From contig OX597817.1 of NCBI GenBank assembly GCA_951406725.2, positions 105,090,001 to 105,154,000 of the forward strand: a DNA stretch of 64,000 bases. Direction: 5' to 3'. The notes under the pieces are model-generated. The model was not told the origin of the DNA, did not search any database, and was given only the letters and a program-made list of their open reading frames with translations. The DNA comes from Octopus vulgaris (lineage: Eukaryota). Below are positions 26,817-42,671 of the stretch, piece after piece. Position 1 is the first letter of the stretch; each line of letters starts with the position of its first letter. The position numbers and the translations under genes are program-made.

Positions 26817-28376
26817 ACATTAAAATTATTGATATACATATCAATTTACATTATAATCTTTTTCGGAAGTGTTTCTGGTTTTCATTTTATGTTATTTTTG
26901 TTGTTTTTATTTACATAATCATTTCACTATTCCCAAGGAAGTGGATATATGTCTGAATAATAGGACGGGGTAACTTTGTGCAAGATTACTGGAAATGGGG
27001 CTTCCGGTATGTATTGTGGGTTTTCTGCTTTTGTTAGATATACATCCAACTCAGTTGTGGTAGCTTTGAAACTTCAGTTCAAGTCGATAAAATAAGTACC
27101 AATCGAATATTGGAATCGATGTAATAGATTTACCCCCGTACCCAAAATTGCTGGCTTTGTGCCAAAATTCGAACCATTATTATTATTATTTTTATCATTG
27201 TTTAGCAGTGAGCCACAATTTTGCATCGTTCAATGGTATAATATATAATGTCAGTTTTACTAATACAAATCATCAACAATTTTTTGTGTTAATCTTATCA
27301 GAGAACTAGTCTAGCACGCAATGTGTTCGTCAGTTAGTAATCCGCTTCTCATTCTCCGAAATTACTCATTAATAATACATTTAATTTAATAGTGTTTCAA
27401 ACGAGAGAAGTAAGGTAAAAAAAAAAAAAAAATGAAGGTTCGACGACAGCATCTCCCCTTCAGTAAAACAACAGAAGAGCAAAAGCTTGTATCACAGACC
27501 CACTATCACCAGCACCACCGGCGCCAGCAGAAGCAGCAACACCACCACCACCACCACCACCACCACTACCACATCAATCAAATTCAGCCGAGTAGAAACT
27601 TATACTTCTGGTTCTGGCCGTGGAACCTCATGAGACATCTAGCAATTTTGGTATCCTCTTGTTCGTAATTGGAATGATGTCTTAGAAACTGTTCGAACTG
27701 TGTGGGAGTAACTCACCGAAGAAGAGGTGTAAAGCTTCTCAAACCTGATCAAGGACTTCCAATTTTTGTGGATTTCCTGAATGTTTCAAAGTGAACTTGT
27801 ACAAAGTCGCACTAGCTCATCCATGCCACATGTAGATAAAACATTTGGTCATACGAGTATAGAGCTAGCATAGGATGCTCATAATTTTGGCTAGTCGGCC
27901 TCTCAGACTGCAGGTACGTTTTCTGCACTGACGACTTATAATTTAGAGACAGAGGGCAGTTACTAGAAGTTACTAGAAGTTACTACCAGCAATTAGTTTG
28001 TTTTAACCCTTTGCCACCCTTAAGCACTTTCATGAGTTTCTCTTAAACGCCCATCTTGTTTTCAAGTCTTTTAGTTAGCCTTAGTTTCCTACGTTCCGAG
28101 TATTATAATACTTTCCTTTCAGAAGTGCTTATTCTGGTAGTTGAAAAAATTAGGAATGTGCATCATATATAATGCATGGCTTCCAGGGAAATATGTACTG
28201 TGTATCGCATATGATACATCGGACAGGCAGAGGGTTAAACTATATTTTTGGTGTTTAATAGTAGTCGCCACTTCTTTTGGAATGTACATTCGTGGCATGT
28301 CAGATGTGTTCTATAATATGTAATAGTTTTAATCATAGATTTCTAGTTTCTATGTTCTAATTCTGTTCTGTTCTAG

Positions 28377-28400
28377 GCCTAATGCAATTCATGCGAATAT
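28377..28400 (+). CDS. Candidate 24 nt micro-exon (phase 1-1; (G)LMQFMRI)
   Basis: Acceptor ttctaattctgttctgttctag| and donor AT|gtaagt; in frame with the 13458-13497 candidate. Confidence 0.22.
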
Positions 28401-28944
28401 GTAAGTGAAATTTTTAGTATTCTTGCTTATTTGAATAAATCTTTAGAATTATTTTTCTTCTTTCAAAATACTCATTCCTCATTCTCATTTTTGACATGCA
28501 TGCACACATACGCGCGCGCACGCACGCAGCGTTGTTGGCCGTCGACATTGAAGTACTTATAGAATGCAGAGTTAACTAGATCCGGTATTATTTCCTCTCC
28601 ACGAAATTTGAATTGCTAGTCTGTCTCGTTGTATTATTAACTTTCTACTGTTGTATAGCCAAACAGCTATATCTTAATTACAGGTACAGGAAGGTAATGA
28701 AAGCTATTGATCAATGTAAAATGTAGAGAAAATAATCGATTCAGAATTTTTAGCTTTAACGAGCCACAATAGTGATCTGAAAAAAAAAATCAGTAGGAGA
28801 CATTAACAGTAAATACTACCAAGACCTTGGTGACATCCGCAGGAACAAGTGTAGACAACATGAAGGCGAAGCATAAAATCTGTTGCTTGGCTGGATGTTG
28901 TATAACAATAATAAAAAGGTGAATTTCAAGACGTGGACTATTGG

Positions 28945-29029
28945 TTAATTTTAAGTCATCCGCAAAAAAGAGATGGTGGAGGGTGGGTGGCAGTGTGCGG
29001 CAGCTCTCCGAAAGAAATGTTCCTAACCA

Positions 29030-29031
<2 letters not shown>
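28945..29031 (-). pseudogene. Small non-LTR RT fragment
   Basis: Minus-strand LHHLFFADDLKL (RT motif 5) abutting (TAA)n. Confidence 0.55.
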
Positions 29032-29086
<55 letters not shown>

Positions 29087-29104
29087 CATTATTATTATTT
29101 TATT

Positions 29105-29397
29105 CAGTAGTTTTATTTTTATAGCGTGCTTTCACTTCACTACCGAGCGCAGCTCTGTGTGCCTTGGGTATGTGCTGTGATTTACTGTGATGCTCTGATG
29201 GTTACTGTATTGAAAGTGTTTTGCGTACGATGTGTGTAGTGCCCAGTAGTGCAATTTTTGTATGTTATATGTGTTTGTAAGTCCTGGTGTTTTTGTTATG
29301 TATTTGTCCGAATACTTTTTTTATCATACCTAATGCGCCTAATATGATAGGGATTGTTTCTGTTTTTAGATTCCATATTTGAGTAACCACTATTTCC
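29105..29397 (-). mobile_element. R4/Dong-like element, 3' terminal fragment in (TAA)n
   Basis: Homologous to 33374-33667; ends GCTATAAAAATAAAACTACTG(AAT)n on the minus strand. Confidence 0.85.
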
Positions 29398-29414
29398 GAA
29401 GGGGATCTTTACCC

Positions 29415-29502
<88 letters not shown>

Positions 29503-29516
29503 CATTATTATTATTA

Positions 29517-29550
<34 letters not shown>

Positions 29551-29568
29551 CATTATTATTATTTTATT

Positions 29569-29916
29569 CAGTAGTTTTATTTTTATAGCCCATCCCGCTC
29601 AAAAGGTCCCTGAATAAGGGTTGTTTTAGGATGTTGAACGAACCACCCATGTTTCCAGAAGTGAATTATTCAAAGCCCAAAGAATCCCTCTCAACACATG
29701 GCTATGATGCTACCCCACTACTTTTGCTCATGATCAGAGATGCACATATCGTCAGCCACTAAGGAACATGTTCAACTGGTTAAGGTCAAACAACTGAGAA
29801 GCAGAATATTTGCTGTAGCCCATCTTTTATACCAAGACAAAACAATGTACATGATAACACTTCCAATCAGTTAAGATCAGAAGCCATGAGAGCCACTGCC
29901 TGGTACTGCATCAGGG
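29569..29916 (-). mobile_element. Short element: about 330 bp non-coding segment fused to the last about 21 nt of the Dong-like 3' end (possible internally deleted derivative)
   Basis: Minus strand (TGA)n-TGCCCTGATGCAGTACC...GAGCGGGATGG-GCTATAAAAATAAAACTACTG-(AAT)n. Confidence 0.55.
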
Positions 29917-33330
<3,414 letters not shown>

Positions 33331-33336
33331 TATTAC

Positions 33337-33373
<37 letters not shown>

Positions 33374-33376
<3 letters not shown>

Positions 33377-34365
33377 TAGTTTTATTTTTATAGCGTGCTT
33401 TCACTTCACTACCGAGCACAGCTCTGTGTGCCTTGGGTATGTGCTGTGATTTGTTGTGATGCTCTGATGGTTATTGTATGGAAAGTGTTCTGCGTAGGAT
33501 GTGTGCAGTGTCTAGTAGTGCAATTTTCTGTATGTTATATGTGTTTGTAAGTCCTGGTGTTTTTGTTATGTATTTGTCTGAATATTTTTTTATCATGCCT
33601 AATGCACCTACTATGATAGGAATTGTTTCTGTTTTCAGATTCCACATTCTAGTTACCTCTATTTCCAGGTCTTTGTATTTTGAGAGTTTCTCCATTTCTT
33701 TTAGAGACACGTTGTCATCAGCCGGTATTGATACATCAATTAGAAAGCATTTTTTCTTCATGATCTCTGACAACTATATCTCGTCTGTTGGCCTTAATTT
33801 CTCTATCTGTGTGTATCGGCATATCCCGGAGTATGGTTGCCTTCTCGTTTTCTGTGACCTTTTCTGGTGTGTGCCTATACCATCTTTTTTCTGTTGTTAT
33901 TCCATAATGTTGGCATAGCTTCCAATGTATGTAGGTTCCAACTCTGTCATGTCTGTGAATATATTCCTTCTTAGCCAAGACTGGGCAGCTAGAGATAATA
34001 TGATTTATTGTTTCTTGTCCATCTCCACATATTCTGCAGTTACTTGTAATATTTCTTTTCATTACATGTTTTTGGTAATTTCTGGTGGGGAGGCTTTGGT
34101 CTGTGCTGCAATTAAAAATCCCTCTGTTTCTGCTTTGAGTCCTGAGCTTCTCAACCATTGCTGGGATTTTTCTTTGTCTATTTCTTTTGCGTTTAGTTTA
34201 GTCCAGTATTTACCATGAAGGGGCTTTTCTTGCCATCGTTTTATCATGGTTCGTTGCTGTTCTATTTTTAGTTTGGATTTCATTTGTTTTATAGCTTTTG
34301 TTGTTTCTTCATCTTCTTCTTCTTCTTCATGTTTATTAGGTGGTATGATTTCTTGTTTGTATTTG

Positions 34366-34367
<2 letters not shown>
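33374..34367 (-). mobile_element. R4/Dong-like RLE non-LTR retrotransposon, 5'-truncated (about 1 kb), in (TAA)n
   Basis: WQEKPLHGKY, ETEGFLIAAQ, CRICGDGQETINHIISSC (CCHC), YIHRHD, RRDIVV..LIDVSIP..EKLSKY (PD-(D/E)xK-type RLE), KIALLDTAHILRRTL; two frameshifts; both ends in TAA repeats. Confidence 0.9.
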
Positions 34368-34648
<281 letters not shown>

Positions 34649-35227
34649 CTTCCGACGCCGATGGACGTACGTGAATCAGCTCCGTGAATTTGACACCAAT
34701 TTCATTGGAAATCATTTGATAAGTTTGAATATTTTTTAATATTTTTGTAGCCAAACCGACCGGCTTCTTGCGGAGCTCGTCGGTTGGGCGAAATTTTGCC
34801 CCATTCGGGGTGAAATTACCGTCTATCCTTTTGAAATTGACATTTTTTGCACACACACATTACAAAATGGCACTGAAACGAGCTGCTGGCTCTTCCCTCC
34901 TTCTTGCAACACCCCCCTACAAGAACAAAAAAAAATAACGTCACGGGTTACGTACAACCCATTTCAGGCCGTAAAAGGCAACAAAGCTCCTCCTTCCGAA
35001 CCGGAGAGCACGCGCTCGGTTCAAAAGGAGAATGCATGCCAGGACGTCGCGTTCGACGTCACTCTTGATTTCCCCCTCTGCCTTCAACAAGTGATGCTGT
35101 ACCGAAGGGGGAGGTAAAGAAAATTATAACAGACACAAACACAGACAAGAACCAACAAAAAACTGTAAAAGCTTCTAACGATTTTGCTTCTGCTGCGAAG
35201 CAAATTTCGGAAGATGTAGAAATTACA

Positions 35228-35898
35228 ATGGAGGACATAAAAATGGCACAAGATTTGTTGAGAAAGGAGGGGAACAGTGTTTTCCTCAACACACCTCAAC
35301 AACTCACACAAGAAACAAGCAAAAGAACAATCTTTTATAAAGTCTTCGAAAAGAAAACTAAAAGATTGTTTAACGCCACACCACAACAGTTGGAGATGGC
35401 TCTGAAGCCCATTTGGGGCCAGAAGAGCTATGTGACAAGAGGGAAGCGATTTGGAACCGTGGAGGTTCGCTTCCCAACAGAGGAGCTTGCAAGGGCAAAC
35501 GCCATTTCGCCCTTGCAAAATGAACATTTGTTCCTCGTCCCGACGTACCTCGGGCGTAAGGTACAAAAAATTACTATAAGCACAATACCCCCGAACAGAA
35601 AATCTCATGGCTAGTGGCGGCTGTCCTCTATGGCATAGAGGACACTGCCACTATTCTGAATGTTCGGAGGGTACGAGAAAAGAACTGGTCAGGCATGGGT
35701 ATTCAACTGCTGGTACAGATCCAGCAGGAAAACATCAATGCCATACCTGACTTTGTCATCTTGCTGGATGGGACCAGGCTAAATGTTATTGTAGAGGGGC
35801 GAAAGCCAAAATGTTTCCTCTGCAGTAGCGAAAGCCACCTAAAAAGGGACTGCCCCATTCAAAAAAGAGAATGGAGGAGTATAGCAAGAGGCAGCAGC

Positions 35899-35935
<37 letters not shown>

Positions 35936-36758
35936 CAAGCAACAACAACAGAAACAACAAAAACAGCAAGAAAAACCAAAGGCTGCCACACCACCAACAC
36001 AATCACCAACACCAGCACCAAGACGAACAACACCACCTCCAACAACAACAACCACCACCAAACCAACACCGACAACCACCACCAAACCAACACCGACACC
36101 AGTACCTCGAAGGTCGACAGCAGCGACATCAACAGTAACAGGAGCAGCGGCACCACCGATACCGGCGGAACCTAAAACTTTTCGTCCTGCTACTGAAGCG
36201 GACCCCTCAACCATTCCTTTGCCGGATGAAGAGATCTCGGATTGTGCGAGCTCGGATTCCAACAAAGGAGAATGGAATATAGTACCTCCAAAAAAGAAAA
36301 GGAGGAAAAAACAAAAAGTTTTACAGGGGAAGCACGAACAAATAGTACTTCCCAACATCAACAACAACATCAACAACAACACACACTCACAACAACAAAC
36401 AACAACAACAACACTTTCGACACCACTACTGCCACTACCACAGACACAAACAAACACAGACACAATTACAGACACGATTACAGCAGTGAATACAAGAAAC
36501 CAGGAACTGGTTGAGTATTTGAAAAACAAAACAAGCACAAACATTACAGATTTCATAATACCTACACACAACACACCACCAGCACACATTCTCACAATAA
36601 AAATAAACAAAACAGTGTACAATGAAATAAAACAAATATTCCCTAACGATGTGGGATCGTTAGGGAAAAGTTTCTCTCAGAAACTTTACAAAAATATTAT
36701 TGAAGCACCCGTGCAAAAGCACAAGGGAGCCACGCCCACCACCAACAACAGTAAGTAG
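35228..36758 (+). pseudogene. Tx1 ORF1 of copy 1, frameshifted at homopolymer runs
   Basis: Same protein as 41111-42631 but split into three ORFs by a C5 vs C6 run (about 35588) and an A6 vs A8 run (about 35861). May be sequencing error. Confidence 0.8.
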
Positions 36759-36796
36759 AGCCTTTTTTCTCCTTTTTTTTCCCTAATTCTTGAGAC

Positions 36797-39700
36797 ATGG
36801 CAAATCTTAGAATCGGTTGCTTGAATGTGAGAGGCCTCGGGTCACCTTGGAAACAGGGTCACCTGTTAAACGACCTGAGGTTTCATGATGTGGATATAGC
36901 AGCCATCAGTGAAACCAGGCTCTCCGACCCGCAGGAACTCGCAGCCCTTTTCGGCGGATACGAGATATTTCTATCTCCGTGTCGGCCGGGAGCGGGCGGT
37001 GGTGGTACTGCGGTGTTGTTTCGGAAGGGCCTGGACCTGAAAATAAGAACAGTCTTCTTGGATCCGGAAGGTAAGTTGGTGGTCCTCGACGTGGACGGTA
37101 GTGACGGCGGTGCTTTCAGACTGCTGGCTGCCTACGCTCCGACAGGAGCAGGGCAGTCGGATTATTTCAAACGTCTGGAAGTTTTCCTGGGAACGTCACG
37201 CACTCTAGTACTAGTTGGGGATTGGAACGCTGTCTTAGACGAACGTTTCGATCGGGTGGGCAGGGGAGCGTCTGTTAGGAGAGGGGGTGGGTGCAAGAGC
37301 CTCGCCAACCTACTCGGCCGCTTTCAGCTGTCCGACAGGTTTCGACTAGACAACCCGAATGTGCCAATGTGGACTTGGACAAACCGCATCGGGTCGTCTA
37401 GATCGTACTTAGATAGAGTGTTTTGTAGGCCAGCGGATAAGGACAGCGTAGGGTGTCCACAATTCCACCTAGTCGAATATACGGACCACAAATTAGTGAT
37501 CTGTACGGTCGACTTAGATAGGCTACATAGACAGGGACCCGGCTACTGGAAGCTGAACGCGTCGTTAACGGCGTGCAAAGCTTACAGAGACCGGATTAGT
37601 TTACTAGTTAAGCGGGCGCTCACGGGGGCAATCATCAACAACAACTGGTGGTTTGCCCTCAAGAGAGCAATTAGAGTAGAGTCGATTAGGTATAGTAAGA
37701 CTCTAGCTATTGAACGTAGGAAGAGAGAGCGGGATTTAGTTAAGAAACTAGACGAGGCTCTTGACACTGGCATCGCGACCGACGTGTTGGCGGCAAGGTT
37801 GGCCCTCGACCAACACTTCGACGCCAAACACGAAGGCTGCGTTGTCAGAGCTAAGGCACGTTCGCTAAGCGGGGAGGGGACTAGAGCCGCTCGATGGGCC
37901 CGCGTGGCGGAGGCGAAGCGAGGCAACAGAGCAACCATTCGGTCTTTGGTGGACCAGAACGGGCGCGAGGTTACCCAACCGAAGCAGATGTGTACGGTAC
38001 TTCAGCGGCACTTTGCTCAACTGTTTGGGACGAGCGGTGGAACGGACACCAACGGTACAGACTTCGGTGTGTACCTGGACGGACTGCCGCAACTCTCGGA
38101 CAGCGAGGCAGAGTGCTGCGAAGGACCGATATCTGCCTGGGAAGTACAGGAAGCGATGAAGAGTTGCACGAGAGGTAGATCGCCGGGTTTGGATGGTCTG
38201 CCCTACGAGCTTTACTTTTCAATGCCAGACTTGTTTGCGGACCTGTTGGCAAACGTCTACTGCAACTGGCAGCAAAACGGGAGAATTCCTGCTTTTGTCT
38301 GTCGAGGGGTGGTGGCTTTGCTAAAGAAGGACCCAAACAAGGGGGACGTTATAGGCAATTTCCGGCCCATCACTCTGCTCAATGCAGAGTTGAAGATTTT
38401 GGCCAAGGTGCTAGCCAAGAGATTGGCGCTTGTCGTGGACAAGCTGGTCGGCGGGACGCAGACATGCGCCGTGCCGACCAGGTCGATACACGACAACCTC
38501 CATCTCATGCGCTACATCATAGAGAGGGTGGGTAACGACGCTGGCGCGGGTGGGGCTTTGATCAACTTGGATCAGAGTAAAGCCTTCGATAGGGTCGACC
38601 ATCGGTACCTGGCAGCTGTCCTCAAGGCAGCCGGCTTCGGTCCAGTCTTCCGCGGGTGGATCGCTGCTTTATACAGCAACATCTGCTCGGTGATACGGGT
38701 GAACGGTCACCTTTCGGAACCGTTCGACATCTCGCGTTCGGTCCGCCAAGGATGCCCTCTCTCCTCCCTCTTGTACATTTTGACTCTCGAGCCATTACTG
38801 CGCAAGTTGGAGGCTTTGAGGGGCATCCCGCGCGATCTAGGAGGCGGAAACAGCGTGTCTGCTTATGCCGACGACGTCACCGTGGTGGTGTCGAGCCACA
38901 GGCACATTGGCCTGATTGGCGAGACGCTAAACCAGTACGAAGCGGTGACAGGGGCAAAGATTAACGCGGAAAAGTCTGTGGGCTTGCAACTGGGCACCTG
39001 GAGAGGCAAGCCCATGCCGTCCAACAGCGTCGTAGGGCGCTGGACAGACGGACCCGTTAAACTGCTCGGGGTCTGGTTCGGTCCGGACCTCCAGGTGGAT
39101 AAGAACTGGGAAGAGGTGACGAGCAGGGTGGCACGTCTCACCCAGAAATGGGCCGAGAGGAAGCTGTCCCTGAAAGGTCGAGCGGAGGTGGCGAATGCGT
39201 ACATCGCATCCGTCATCTATTACCGCTTGACCGTCGTCCCTTGTCCCGACCGCTGGTTGGCCAAGCTGGTACACCTGCTCTTCGACTTTTTGTGGAAGGG
39301 TCAGGTGCCACTGGTCAGGCGATCCATCTGCTGTCAACGACCGCTGAACGGAGGCCTTGGAATGCCGTGGTTGCTGTTGCGCAGACATGCGCTCAGGCTG
39401 CGGCATCTCAAGCGCTTCCTAGACGGTGAACAGGTGTGGTCGTCTTTTGTCAGACGCGATTTTCCGCAGCTCGTCTCTTTGACGGAGCTGCAGACCTGGA
39501 TCAAACGTAGACCGAGAAAGGGCGCTTGGCACCTCGAGTGCCGTCAAGCCCTCTCCGCCCTCCACCAGGCGGGCAATGCGGTCGGTTACAGCTCCACTCT
39601 AGCGTTCTATAGAGGGTTAGTGGAGGAAAAATGCGACGACGTTCTCGGGGAAACTCTAGGCGTTGAAGACGACGAACTGAGCGGTCTGTTCGGGAGGACT

Positions 39701-40231
39701 TTCGGGCCGGGGCCGATGGATAATTTCCAGAGGTCTCTCGCCTGGCAGTGCTACCGAGGGGCTCTGCCTGTTCGAGATAAACTCTACCGGCACGGAAGTG
39801 CCGTCAGCCGGGCCTGCCCGAGGTGTTGCCAGGACGACGAAACCGTTCTGCACGCACTCGTCCAGTGCCCGAGTATTGCTGAAATATGGGTTTATGTCGA
39901 ACAGCTACTGTCACGTGTAGGACGGATCCGACTATCGGCCGAATCCATAGTGAAGATTGCCCCGCCGACCTCCTTTAACAAGGAGGGCGAGGCCGTTTTC
40001 TTGTGCCTTGTGGCTGTGGCGAAAGAAGTCGTGTGGTGGACTCGTTTGAAAGGGCTAAAGTCAGACACTTTCCTCTTTGGTCAAGGCCTCATCAACTTTT
40101 TCAAGTTTCACTTGAAAAGGAAGATGAGGTTAGAGAGGAAAGTGCTGTCCGATAGCAAGTTTTATGAAAGGTGGGTGAATTGTGCGAGACTGGCCTGTAT
40201 AAATGGACCAGTTCTCAGGTTTCGCCTGTGA
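36797..40231 (+). CDS. Tx1 ORF2: APE endonuclease + reverse transcriptase + C-terminal CCHC zinc finger (1144 aa)
   Basis: LNVRGL, ISET, GDWN, SYLDRVF, TDHK; SPGLDGLP, NFRPITLLN..KILAK, LDQSKAFDRVDH, RQGCPLS, AYADD; CPRC..ETVLHALVQC. YWKLN and LSLKGR..NAYIAS motifs are of L1/Tx1 type. Confidence 0.95.
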   Translation: MANLRIGCLNVRGLGSPWKQGHLLNDLRFHDVDIAAISETRLSDPQELAALFGGYEIFLSPCRPGAGGGGTAVLFRKGLDLKIRTVFLDPEGKLVVLDVDGSDGGAFRLLAAYAPTGAGQSDYFKRLEVFLGTSRTLVLVGDWNAVLDERFDRVGRGASVRRGGGCKSLANLLGRFQLSDRFRLDNPNVPMWTWTNRIGSSRSYLDRVFCRPADKDSVGCPQFHLVEYTDHKLVICTVDLDRLHRQGPGYWKLNASLTACKAYRDRISLLVKRALTGAIINNNWWFALKRAIRVESIRYSKTLAIERRKRERDLVKKLDEALDTGIATDVLAARLALDQHFDAKHEGCVVRAKARSLSGEGTRAARWARVAEAKRGNRATIRSLVDQNGREVTQPKQMCTVLQRHFAQLFGTSGGTDTNGTDFGVYLDGLPQLSDSEAECCEGPISAWEVQEAMKSCTRGRSPGLDGLPYELYFSMPDLFADLLANVYCNWQQNGRIPAFVCRGVVALLKKDPNKGDVIGNFRPITLLNAELKILAKVLAKRLALVVDKLVGGTQTCAVPTRSIHDNLHLMRYIIERVGNDAGAGGALINLDQSKAFDRVDHRYLAAVLKAAGFGPVFRGWIAALYSNICSVIRVNGHLSEPFDISRSVRQGCPLSSLLYILTLEPLLRKLEALRGIPRDLGGGNSVSAYADDVTVVVSSHRHIGLIGETLNQYEAVTGAKINAEKSVGLQLGTWRGKPMPSNSVVGRWTDGPVKLLGVWFGPDLQVDKNWEEVTSRVARLTQKWAERKLSLKGRAEVANAYIASVIYYRLTVVPCPDRWLAKLVHLLFDFLWKGQVPLVRRSICCQRPLNGGLGMPWLLLRRHALRLRHLKRFLDGEQVWSSFVRRDFPQLVSLTELQTWIKRRPRKGAWHLECRQALSALHQAGNAVGYSSTLAFYRGLVEEKCDDVLGETLGVEDDELSGLFGRTFGPGPMDNFQRSLAWQCYRGALPVRDKLYRHGSAVSRACPRCCQDDETVLHALVQCPSIAEIWVYVEQLLSRVGRIRLSAESIVKIAPPTSFNKEGEAVFLCLVAVAKEVVWWTRLKGLKSDTFLFGQGLINFFKFHLKRKMRLERKVLSDSKFYERWVNCARLACINGPVLRFRL

Positions 40232-41110
40232 TTTCAAAGAAAAAGGTAATGTAAAAGGAGAAGAAAGGGGACTCTCTACACCCCCTTTTTGACCAGGCTC
40301 CCGTTGGCTTTTGTAGGGTTTTTTCCACCGGGAACATTTCGAGACGTCTCCCCCTTTTGGGAGTTTTTCATTGTTGAATTTTATAAGTTGTTATAAAGAT
40401 TTTTACTCGATGTTTTAAAAAAACGGACAAAACCCTTTGTAACCTTTCGTCCTGTCTTGTCCCTTTATGTAATCATGCGTGTCAGCCCTTGTGGCCAATA
40501 AAAAAGAATTGATTATTATTATTATTATTATTCCTTCCGACGCCGATGGACGTACGTGAATCAGCTCCGTGAATTTGACACCAATTTCATTGGAAATCAT
40601 TTGATAAGTTTGAATATTTTTTAATATTTTTGTAGCCAAACCGACCGGCTTCTTGCGGAGCTCGTCGGTTGGGCGAAATTTTGCCCCATTCGGGGTGAAA
40701 TTACTGTCTATCCTTTTGAAATTGACATTTTTTGCACACACACATTACAAAATGGCACTGAAACGAGCTGCTGGCTCTTCCCTCCTTCTTGCAACACCCC
40801 CCTACAAGAACAAAAAATAACGTCACGGGTTACGTACAACCCATTTCAGGCCGTAAAAGGCAACAAAGCTCCTCCTTCCGAACCGGAGAGCACGCGCTCG
40901 GTTCAAAAGGAGAATGCATGCCAGGACGTCGCGTTCGACGTCACTCTTGATTTCCCCCCTCTGCCTTCAACAAGTGATGCTGTACCGAAGGGGGAGGTAA
41001 AGAAAATTATAACAGACACAAACACAGACAAGAACCAACAAAAAACTGTAAAAGCTTCTAACGATTTTGCTTCTGCTGCGAAGCAAATTTCGGAAGATGT
41101 AGAAATTACA

Positions 41111-42631
41111 ATGGAGGACATAAAAATGGCACAAGATTTGTTGAGAAAGGAGGGGAACAGTGTTTTCCTCAACACACCTCAACAACTCACACAAGAAACA
41201 AGCAAAAGAACAATCTTTTATAAAGTCTTCGAAAAGAAAACTAAAAGATTGTTTAACGCCACACCACAACAGTTGGAGATGGCTCTGAAGCCCATTTGGG
41301 GCCAGAAGAGCTATGTGACAAGAGGGAAGCGATTTGGAACCGTGGAGGTTCGCTTCCCAACAGAGGAGCTTGCAAGGGCAAACGCCATTTCGCCCTTGCA
41401 AAATGAACATTTGTTCCTCGTCCCGACGTACCTCGGGCGTAAGGTACAAAAAATAACTATAAGCACAATACCCCCCGAACAGAAAATCTCATGGCTAGTG
41501 GCGGCTGTCCTCTATGGCATAGAGGACACTGCCACTATTCTGAATGTTCGGAGGGTACGAGAAAAGAACTGGTCAGGCATGGGTATTCAACTGCTGGTAC
41601 AGATCCAGCAGGAAAACATCAATGCCATACCTGACTTTGTCATCTTGCTGGATGGGACCAGGCTAAATGTTATTGTAGAGGGGCGAAAGCCAAAATGTTT
41701 CCTCTGCAGTAGCGAAAGCCACCTAAAAAGGGACTGCCCCATTCAAAAAAAGAGAATGGAGGAGTATAGCAAGAGGCAGCAGCAACAACAACAACAACAA
41801 CAACAACACAAGCAACAACAACAGAAACAACAAAAACAGCAAGAAAAACCAAAGGCTGCCACACCACCAACACCATCACCAACACCAGCACCAAGACGAA
41901 CAACACCACCTCCAACAACAACAACCACCACCAAACCAACACCGACAACCACCACCAAACCAACACCGACACCAGTACCTCGAAGGTCGACAGCAGCGAC
42001 ATCAACAGTAACAGGAGCAGCGGCACCACCGATACCGGCGGAACCTAAAACTTTTCGTCCTGCTACTGAAGCAGACCCCTCAACCATTCCTTTGCCGGAT
42101 GAAGAGATCTCGGATTGTGCGAGCTCGGATTCCAACAAAGGAGAATGGAATATAGTACCTCCAAAAAAGAAAAGGAGGAAAAAACAAAAAGTTTTACAGG
42201 GGAAGCACGAACAAATAGTACTTCCCAACATCAACAACAACATCAACAACAACACACACTCACAACAACAAACAACAACAACAACACTTTCGACACCACT
42301 ACTGCCACTACCACAGACACAAACAAACACAGACACAATTACAGACACGATTACAGCAGTGAATACAAGAAACCAGGAACTGGTTGAGTATTTGAAAAAC
42401 AAAACAAGCACAAACATTACAGATTTCATAATACCTACACACAACACACCACCAGCACACATTCTCACAATAAAAATAAACAAAACAGTGTACAATGAAA
42501 TAAAACAAATATTCCCTAACGATGTGGGATCGTTAGGGAAAAGTTTCTCTCAGAAACTTTACAAAAATATTATTGAAGCACCCGTGCAAAAGCACAAGGG
42601 AGCCACCCCCACCACCAACAACAGTAAGTAG
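41111..42631 (+). CDS. Tx1 ORF1 (gag-like nucleic-acid-binding protein); true start probably further upstream
   Basis: CFLCSSESHLKRDC is a CX2CX4HX4C knuckle; polyQ and Pro/Thr-rich linker; GEWNIVPPKKKRRKK basic motif. The frame is open upstream of 41111. Confidence 0.88.
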   Translation: MEDIKMAQDLLRKEGNSVFLNTPQQLTQETSKRTIFYKVFEKKTKRLFNATPQQLEMALKPIWGQKSYVTRGKRFGTVEVRFPTEELARANAISPLQNEHLFLVPTYLGRKVQKITISTIPPEQKISWLVAAVLYGIEDTATILNVRRVREKNWSGMGIQLLVQIQQENINAIPDFVILLDGTRLNVIVEGRKPKCFLCSSESHLKRDCPIQKKRMEEYSKRQQQQQQQQQQHKQQQQKQQKQQEKPKAATPPTPSPTPAPRRTTPPPTTTTTTKPTPTTTTKPTPTPVPRRSTAATSTVTGAAAPPIPAEPKTFRPATEADPSTIPLPDEEISDCASSDSNKGEWNIVPPKKKRRKKQKVLQGKHEQIVLPNINNNINNNTHSQQQTTTTTLSTPLLPLPQTQTNTDTITDTITAVNTRNQELVEYLKNKTSTNITDFIIPTHNTPPAHILTIKINKTVYNEIKQIFPNDVGSLGKSFSQKLYKNIIEAPVQKHKGATPTTNNSK

Positions 42632-42671
42632 AGCCTTTTTTTCTCCTTTTTTTTTCCCTAATTCTTGAGAC

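Noticed and set aside
29590-29916. HDV-like ribozyme (CCCTGA..TCAGGG pairing on the minus strand)
   Set aside because: I could not place P1.1, P3/L3 or J4/2 by eye; left as a search to run.
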